A stretch of DNA of 64,000 nucleotides. Source: Sporopachydermia quercuum (Eukaryota). Where the stretch lies: assembly GCA_001599295.1 (NCBI GenBank), contig BCGN01000005.1, forward strand, positions 1 to 64,000. Reading direction: 5' to 3'. The notes beneath the pieces were generated by a model. That model was not told the DNA's origin. It made no database searches and saw only the letters and a program-made list of their open reading frames with translations. Shown piece after piece: positions 57,764-64,000 of the stretch (the first letter of the stretch is position 1; the number at the start of each line of letters is the position of its first letter). A program made the position numbers and the translations under genes.

Positions 57764-60727
57764 ATGTCAGTCGTATCAGCAGCGCCATTTCTGGCTCTTC
57801 TTGATGAACCAGATAATACATTGAAGTCGTATGCTTTGAAATCGTTAGATCAGTATATTGATCAGCTATGGGCAGAAATCTCTGATCATATATTCGAATT
57901 AGAAGAGTTATATGAAGATGAATCATTTGACAATCGTCGTTTGGTAGCATTGATCATCTCAAAGATTTACTACAATTTAGGTGATTTTGATCTTGCTGTT
58001 AAGTTTTTATTGAATGCTGAAGATAAGTTTGATCTGAATGAAAATTCACAGTTTGCAGAAGTAATGATATCAAAATGTATTCAAAGCTATATTACTCAGT
58101 CCCAAGCTATTTATGATGATAAGAACACCGACGTGACAATTGCTCCACAGCTCAAGTCAATCATAGAGAAAATGTTAACTAAATGCTATTCAAAGAATGA
58201 ATTGAAGCTTGCCATTGGTGTGGCTGTTGAGTCGAGAAGACTCGATGTTATTGAGGAAATTCTAAACAAATCTTCAACTGCTACAGTGGAAGCTTTGTCT
58301 ACAACTAACCTCATTGATTATATCTTAACTTGTGCTACTACAATCAGTAATCCAGGCTTCAGAAGCAATTTACTCAACAGTTTAGCCAATATCATTTTTT
58401 CATTATCAACACCTGATTACTTTCAATTGTCAAAGATTATTGTTCAATTGAATGACACATCTTTATCTACAAGAGTTATTTTAGATCTGATTGAAATGGC
58501 TAACTCTGATATTGCTAAATCTGAAAACAAATTAGTTGCTTATCAAGTGGCATTTGATTTAGTTGCATCAGCTTCACAAGAATTACTTCTCAAAACGATA
58601 GAAAACTTAAGAAACAATGCACCACCAGGAATCTTACTCAATAGAATTCTTCGGATCTTATCAGGTATTCCCACTTGTGATTTGAACGTTACGTTCCTTC
58701 ATGCTAATAACAATACAGACATCAACATTCTCAATAAATCCAAACGTTTATTAGATGCTAGAAATTCTGTATTTCATAATGCTCTCACGTTGGAGAATGC
58801 TTTTATGCATGCAGGTACTACGAACAACGAGTTTTTCCAAAATAACCTTGATTGGTTAGGAAAGGCTTCTAATTGGTCAAAGTTCTCGGCTACAGCAGCT
58901 TTAGGTGTTATTCACAAGGGTAACCTTTCACAAGGCAAAACAGTCCTGCAGCCATATCTGCCAGGTGGCTCAGGAGCTCATTACACTCAGGGAGGTAGTT
59001 TATTTGGTCTAGGAATTATATTTGCAGGTCATGGCAACGAAGTCACTGAATATTTGTTAAAACATGTTTCTGACGATGGATCTGCAGGATCATCAGAAGG
59101 AGAAGTTGTTTTGCATGGTGCTTCCTTAGGATTAGGTGTTGCGGCATTGGCTTCAAACAATTTTAGTTTCTATGATGCTTTGAGAAGTGTTCTTTATACT
59201 GATTCAGCTGTAGCAGGTGAAGCAGCAGGAATTGCTATGGGTCTTGTAATGTGTGGAAGTGGTTCCGAATCAGCTGTTGCTGACATGTTCCAATATGCCC
59301 AAGAAACTGCTCATGATAAGATTGTGCGTGGTCTCTCTGTTGGTTTGGCCCTGGTTATGTATGGAAAGGAAGAAAGTGCTGATAAATTGATTGATGATTT
59401 ATTAGCAGGAAACAATCCAATTTTGCGATACGGTGGTGCTTTTACCATTGCTTTAGCTTACTGCGGTACCGGTTCTAATAAGGCTGTCAAGAAGCTTTTG
59501 CATATTGCCGTTTCTGACTCCTCTGATGATGTCCGACGTGCAGCTGTTATCGCTTTGGGTTTTATTCTCATCAGGAATCACACAGCAGCTCCAACCATTG
59601 TTGAACTATTGTCTGCCAGTCATAATCCAAACGTGAGATATGGCACAGCATTAGCTTTGGGTATTGCATGTGCAGGAACAGGTTTAGAATCAGCTATTGA
59701 TGTTTTGTTACCTCTTTCCAAAGATCCTGTTGACTTTGTTAGACAAGGTGCTCTCATTGGTTTATCCATGATCCTAATTCAACAAAATGAGAAGAGTAAT
59801 CCCAAAGTTAAAGAAATCAGACAAGAGTTCAATTCAGTGATCTCAAATAAGCATCAAGATGCTTTAGCTAAATTTGGTGCTGCTGTAGCCCAAGGTATCA
59901 TTGATGCCGGTGGAAGAAACGTCACCATCGCTTTAGAACATCATCAAACAGGCAATTTGAACATGAGCTCTATTATTGGTTTAACACTGTTCGTTCAATA
60001 CTGGTATTGGTTCCCGCTTGCAAACTTTTTGTGCCTATCTTTTACACCTACATTCATTGTTGGTGTTCGAGAAGACTTGAAGGTTCCTCAATTTGAATTA
60101 AATTGTCACACTAAACCATTGTTCTTTGACTATCCACCTAAATTTGAAGAAATCACCGATAAATATGTGGAAAAGGTTGAAACAGCCATTCTTTCAACCA
60201 CCGCCAAAGCAAAGGCTCGAGCCCGTAGATTCGAGAAAGAAAAGTTAGCTAAGGAAGAAGAAGAAAAGAAAACTGAAGTCATGGAAGTAGATGAAGTTAA
60301 AGATGAAAAACCTAGTGAAGAAACCAATGGAGCAGCAAAGGAAGAAGCATCATTTGTAAAGAAAGAAAAGTCTAGTAGTTCTGATGGCGATACTGAAGAA
60401 GATGGAGAACCTCTTGTGGAAACAGAAGAAACTGATGATGAAGAAGAATTGAACGTTGCAAGATACTCTAAAAAGCCATACAAGTTAAAAAATCTGAGTC
60501 GTGTTTTACCTGCTCAAATGAAATATGTTGCATTCCCTAAGGATGGAAGATATACTCCAATTAGACGCTTGAAAGGTAATTCTAGTGGGGTAGTTATCGT
60601 TCTAGTTGATAAGACTCCAGGAGAAGATGAGGAGTTGATTAAAACAATTAGAGAAATCAATGGTGTTGCTGATGAAGCTCCATTGCCTCAATCTTTTGTT
60701 TATGAAAGTGATAATGAAGACAATTAG
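57764..60727 (+). CDS. RPN2: 26S proteasome regulatory particle base subunit
   Basis: SAAPFLALL, DQLWAEIS, NWSKFSATAALGVIHKG, PC repeats, YWYWFPL. Confidence 0.97.
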   Translation: MSVVSAAPFLALLDEPDNTLKSYALKSLDQYIDQLWAEISDHIFELEELYEDESFDNRRLVALIISKIYYNLGDFDLAVKFLLNAEDKFDLNENSQFAEVMISKCIQSYITQSQAIYDDKNTDVTIAPQLKSIIEKMLTKCYSKNELKLAIGVAVESRRLDVIEEILNKSSTATVEALSTTNLIDYILTCATTISNPGFRSNLLNSLANIIFSLSTPDYFQLSKIIVQLNDTSLSTRVILDLIEMANSDIAKSENKLVAYQVAFDLVASASQELLLKTIENLRNNAPPGILLNRILRILSGIPTCDLNVTFLHANNNTDINILNKSKRLLDARNSVFHNALTLENAFMHAGTTNNEFFQNNLDWLGKASNWSKFSATAALGVIHKGNLSQGKTVLQPYLPGGSGAHYTQGGSLFGLGIIFAGHGNEVTEYLLKHVSDDGSAGSSEGEVVLHGASLGLGVAALASNNFSFYDALRSVLYTDSAVAGEAAGIAMGLVMCGSGSESAVADMFQYAQETAHDKIVRGLSVGLALVMYGKEESADKLIDDLLAGNNPILRYGGAFTIALAYCGTGSNKAVKKLLHIAVSDSSDDVRRAAVIALGFILIRNHTAAPTIVELLSASHNPNVRYGTALALGIACAGTGLESAIDVLLPLSKDPVDFVRQGALIGLSMILIQQNEKSNPKVKEIRQEFNSVISNKHQDALAKFGAAVAQGIIDAGGRNVTIALEHHQTGNLNMSSIIGLTLFVQYWYWFPLANFLCLSFTPTFIVGVREDLKVPQFELNCHTKPLFFDYPPKFEEITDKYVEKVETAILSTTAKAKARARRFEKEKLAKEEEEKKTEVMEVDEVKDEKPSEETNGAAKEEASFVKKEKSSSSDGDTEEDGEPLVETEETDDEEELNVARYSKKPYKLKNLSRVLPAQMKYVAFPKDGRYTPIRRLKGNSSGVVIVLVDKTPGEDEELIKTIREINGVADEAPLPQSFVYESDNEDN

Positions 60728-61130
60728 AATCATTTGTTTACGTGATCATCAAATATTTAAACTTTGATATAACTCAAACCTAATTTAATAAACTTTATAC
60801 TAAATGTTGAGCTTATGTTCTGGACATTCGATGCCTATAGGTCCTCTTAGGTAGGTGTTGTAAGTGATTTCATAATAAGAATAAATGAAATGATGCATCC
60901 AGTTGAAAAGATAAATTATTTTGTTGGCATCTCAACCTGCTTTCAGTTAAATGAAAAAGAAAATTTTTTGAAGACATAAACTTGGAATTTAAAGTTCAAA
61001 CGTACATATATCTTGCATATTGTAAGTGAATCTTAAATTAAACTGAACTATCGTCTTGATAGAACGTTTCATGGTTTCCTTCATTCGATAGTTGAATTGG
61101 ATTGAAATGCTATTACACTATTTTATAAAC

Positions 61131-62827
61131 CTATTTAAACCTATCAAATACACTAGTAAGAGGATGATCCTCAATTTCTTCGCCACGTAATTCTTTTGCC
61201 CGTTTTTGTCGTAGTTCTTTCTCCTTCTCAAGATTGGCTTCTACACGCATCTTTCTTTGATCTATCACATTCTGAGTCCTCTTTCTCAAAGTTCTTCTTA
61301 ATGCTGAGTTTTTACCCTTAACATCAGGCCTGATCTCCATCTTGGTCTCTTTCTTAGGTGCAGGCTTAAGATAATCGTGTCTGGTTCTTTCTCCAGGAGC
61401 TGTAGCATTAACTTCACCGATGTAATTAGGATCTAGGCTAATCATATCTGGAGATAGCTTGTTGAGTAGTGTCCTAACTTCAGTTTGTTGTCGTTGTTTG
61501 ATTGTTTCATAAGGATTGGCTTCCAAAGCATCGAAATTTGCCTCACCAGCTCCAGGGATAACAATGGAAGAGAAACCTTTACTATGGCCGAGACCCAACA
61601 CATCTTCAAATGGACAAAACCTGACTTGTTCCATAGGGCTAGAAGGTATCAAATGTGTCATGTATGGCATAGTAGGTTTAGCCTTGACTGCCGACGGTTC
61701 AGTAGTTAATACATCTTTCCAAACACTTATATGAGGACCCCATCCTACAGCTAGTAATCCAGTATCTGAAATGTCTAATGATGAAGCAGGTGTGGGTGAA
61801 TGATAGATTGCCAGTTGTTTGAAAGTGCGGATATCCCAAATTTTTATGCATTTATCCATACCCGTAGTTGCCATGAATTTACCTTCTCTATCAATAGCAA
61901 TATCTTTAACAGGTCCTTTGTTACTTAACAGTTTGATTAATGGCGTACTCATATTAGGGGCCCAGAGTGTAACAGTACCGTTGGAATGTCCTGCGTGTAT
62001 AACGGCATTCCAAGGATTTTGTTTCATTGACACAATTGGCCCTAACTTTGTCCTTAACTCGGTCACTAATTCTCCTGTTGATACATCGTGATATTTAATA
62101 AACCCAGTATTACCTCCTGTTACCAGTAACATATGATAAGGTAAGAATTCTAGCTTTGTAGCTTCAATATGTTGTTTTAACCTGTGTAATTCTGTTCCCT
62201 CATAATCATATATGAATGTATACTTCTTCTGAGCTGCTGCAAAGTACTGATTATTATGTAACCATTTAACGTCATGGACAGTTTCGTTAACAAAAATCTC
62301 TGAATTCAACTTTGCTTCTCTCCAATCAAACGTTGCTATTTGGCCTTTCTTACCACCTATGATCAATTCTCTGCCATTGCGTGTATAATCTATTGCATAA
62401 GGGCCAAAATCTAATGTGAGATCAAAACGCTTTTTTGCAGTTGAAACATCTACGTTCTTCTGTAATTCATTTTGACTGAATTTAAACGTCCTTTCCATTT
62501 CATGTTCTTTCTCCAAGAATCCGCTTTCTTCTTGCAATAACATTTCTGTTCTTGCTGCTGCCTTAGCAGCGCTTTCGAATTGCTTTTCATATTTTTCAAC
62601 TGCTGCCTTTATCTTCTTGTCTTTGATATGCTAAAGAGATAAAGTATTAGTAATTCTTTACATGGATCATTCACTAAATTAAATATAATCAGAATATACG
62701 AAACTGAACTGAGCTTAGGAATACATACTTTCTTTGATACTTTACTACCTTTCCTTTCATACAGAGCTTTTCTATCAGTGGGGCCATCAAGGCTTCTAAC
62801 AGCCTGCTTGTATGTTGATTTACCCAT
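61131..62827 (-). CDS. UTP7: SSU processome WD40 protein (BING4/WDR46); 2 exons (62827-62729, 62630-61131)
   Basis: FGPYAIDYTRNGRELIIGG, FCPFEDVLG, IPGAGEANFDALEANP. Intron 62728-62631 has GTATGT, TACTAAT and TAG, and joins in frame. Confidence 0.94.
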
Positions 62828-63518
62828 TTCTTCAACAATCTTCCATTCACATACATGAGCAGGTTCGGGATCTGATGGGAAACTACGGGTTCTGATTTAC
62901 ACAGTTCATAAATTCTTAGTAATAATCCAATAGTAGTTTTGTCATGTTTTCATATCTTCACAATTTTCCACTGTATACAAAAAATTTTCTTTAAGGTGTA
63001 AGTTGATGAAAGTCCCTGATATAGGACGGATAGTTAATAAATATTATGTGATCATAAATAAATTAGATTCAATAATGAATAGTCATAATTTCCTGATTGG
63101 AAAATAACGTTTTTTCCCGTAAAAGTATAACAGTAATTGGCTGAAATGAGAGATCCCAAATCTCTCTGTCTCTTAAGGTGAAATTGAAGAAGTTTTTGAT
63201 CGATCACCATCATAGGTACTTACCTATGGAAATTTATGGAACTTGGCCATTCAGATATCAAAAAGCCAGAGAATCAACAGACAAAAGATACGAAATACTC
63301 AAGCGTAAATATCAGATGTAAATTTCAATTGAAGATGGTTATAGAAGTATAAAACCAGTAACTAATAACCTAAGTAAACAATGACAATAGAAAGATAGAC
63401 ATAGACATGTATATATATAGATTAACCAATACAGTAAAGTGAAGCAAATGGTAAGAAAATTAGCTATAAATAAGAAATAAAATAAATTTAAAAAAATAAA
63501 AAACCCCTTATAATGAAA

Positions 63519-63998
63519 TCAATTCTTATGGGTAGGATCTTGTCTTCTCAAAATTTCTACCGCTGGTCCTAGCAATCTCTGAAAACCTGATTTATCCAAC
63601 GTTGCAACTTTTACAGCATCAATAGCTGTAACTGTTGCTTGTCTTGGTAAATCGTTCAACAAAGCAACTTCACCAAAATAATCACCAGGTTTCAAAACAG
63701 TAAGTACTTCATCACCAGATTCTTGCTGAGTAACTTTAGCAGTACCCGATTCAATTAAATAAAAGTTTTCACCAACGTCACCTTCTTTGATAATAACTTC
63801 ACCTTCTTTGAATGATTCAGGAGTCAAAGCATCAGCCAGTTTACTTCTTTCGTAGGAATCTAAATCTTTCAACACGGGAACATCTCTCAAAAATGATTCA
63901 TAAAGAGCTCTCTTCTTTGACGTTCCTTCAAATAAGATACTTCTGAAGGTTAATCTGTCTAATGCCAATAAATCGCAATCAGATGTTGCCTTGACTGT
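63519..63998 (-). CDS. BCY1: cAMP-dependent protein kinase regulatory subunit, 3' part (runs off the window)
   Basis: cNMP-binding domain [37 protein letters not shown]. Confidence 0.94.
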   Translation of the reverse strand, partial: TVKATSDCDLLALDRLTFRSILFEGTSKKRALYESFLRDVPVLKDLDSYERSKLADALTPESFKEGEVIIKEGDVGENFYLIESGTAKVTQQESGDEVLTVLKPGDYFGEVALLNDLPRQATVTAIDAVKVATLDKSGFQRLLGPAVEILRRQDPTHKN

Positions 63999-64000
63999 TG

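Noticed and set aside
57764..59360. Possible CUG codon reassignment (Ser or Ala)
   Set aside because: CTG encodes conserved Leu in RPN2 (PYLP, GLALV), DBP3 (ELTAN) and MHF1 (DLEAFA), consistent with the standard code.
6849..62091. Numerous 60-140 aa antisense or overlapping ORFs in the ORF track
   Set aside because: Shadows of real genes or of low-complexity codon runs, with no independent coding evidence.

Overview
AT-rich budding-yeast (Saccharomycotina) chromosomal DNA. It uses the standard genetic code, since CTG falls at conserved Leu positions. About 25 protein genes, mostly housekeeping, lie in largely ancestral order: a partial GPI-anchored protein gene, DBF2, DRN1, ARG81, TAF13, ERO1, DBP3, IMG2, RSA4, SSK2, AGX1, SHM2, a TBC Rab-GAP, POP6, an orphan ORF, ORM1/2, MHF1, MRPS9, a LYRM2-like gene, MDM20, BRX1, ATP19, a PPPDE/DeSI isopeptidase, RPN2, UTP7 and partial BCY1. 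Six spliced genes that the ORF track missed or truncated were rebuilt by hand: DRN1, IMG2, MHF1, the LYRM2-like gene, ATP19 and UTP7. Two regions stand out. (1) A ~9 kb CCG/CGG-enriched domain (20.7-29.8 kb) surrounds a gene-free AT-rich core (22.2-23.9 kb) that has repeated motifs and a strand-skew switch. It is a candidate regional centromere or strong replication origin with its own mutational signature. (2) The apparent gene desert at 46.4-50.9 kb holds a 3-exon LYR-motif gene with a 1.3 kb helix-rich intron, a possible intronic C/D guide RNA, and a ~650 nt GC-elevated structured ncRNA-like island with a telomere-like 22-nt repeat unit. Gene names come from recognising the protein sequences from memory; no database searches were run.
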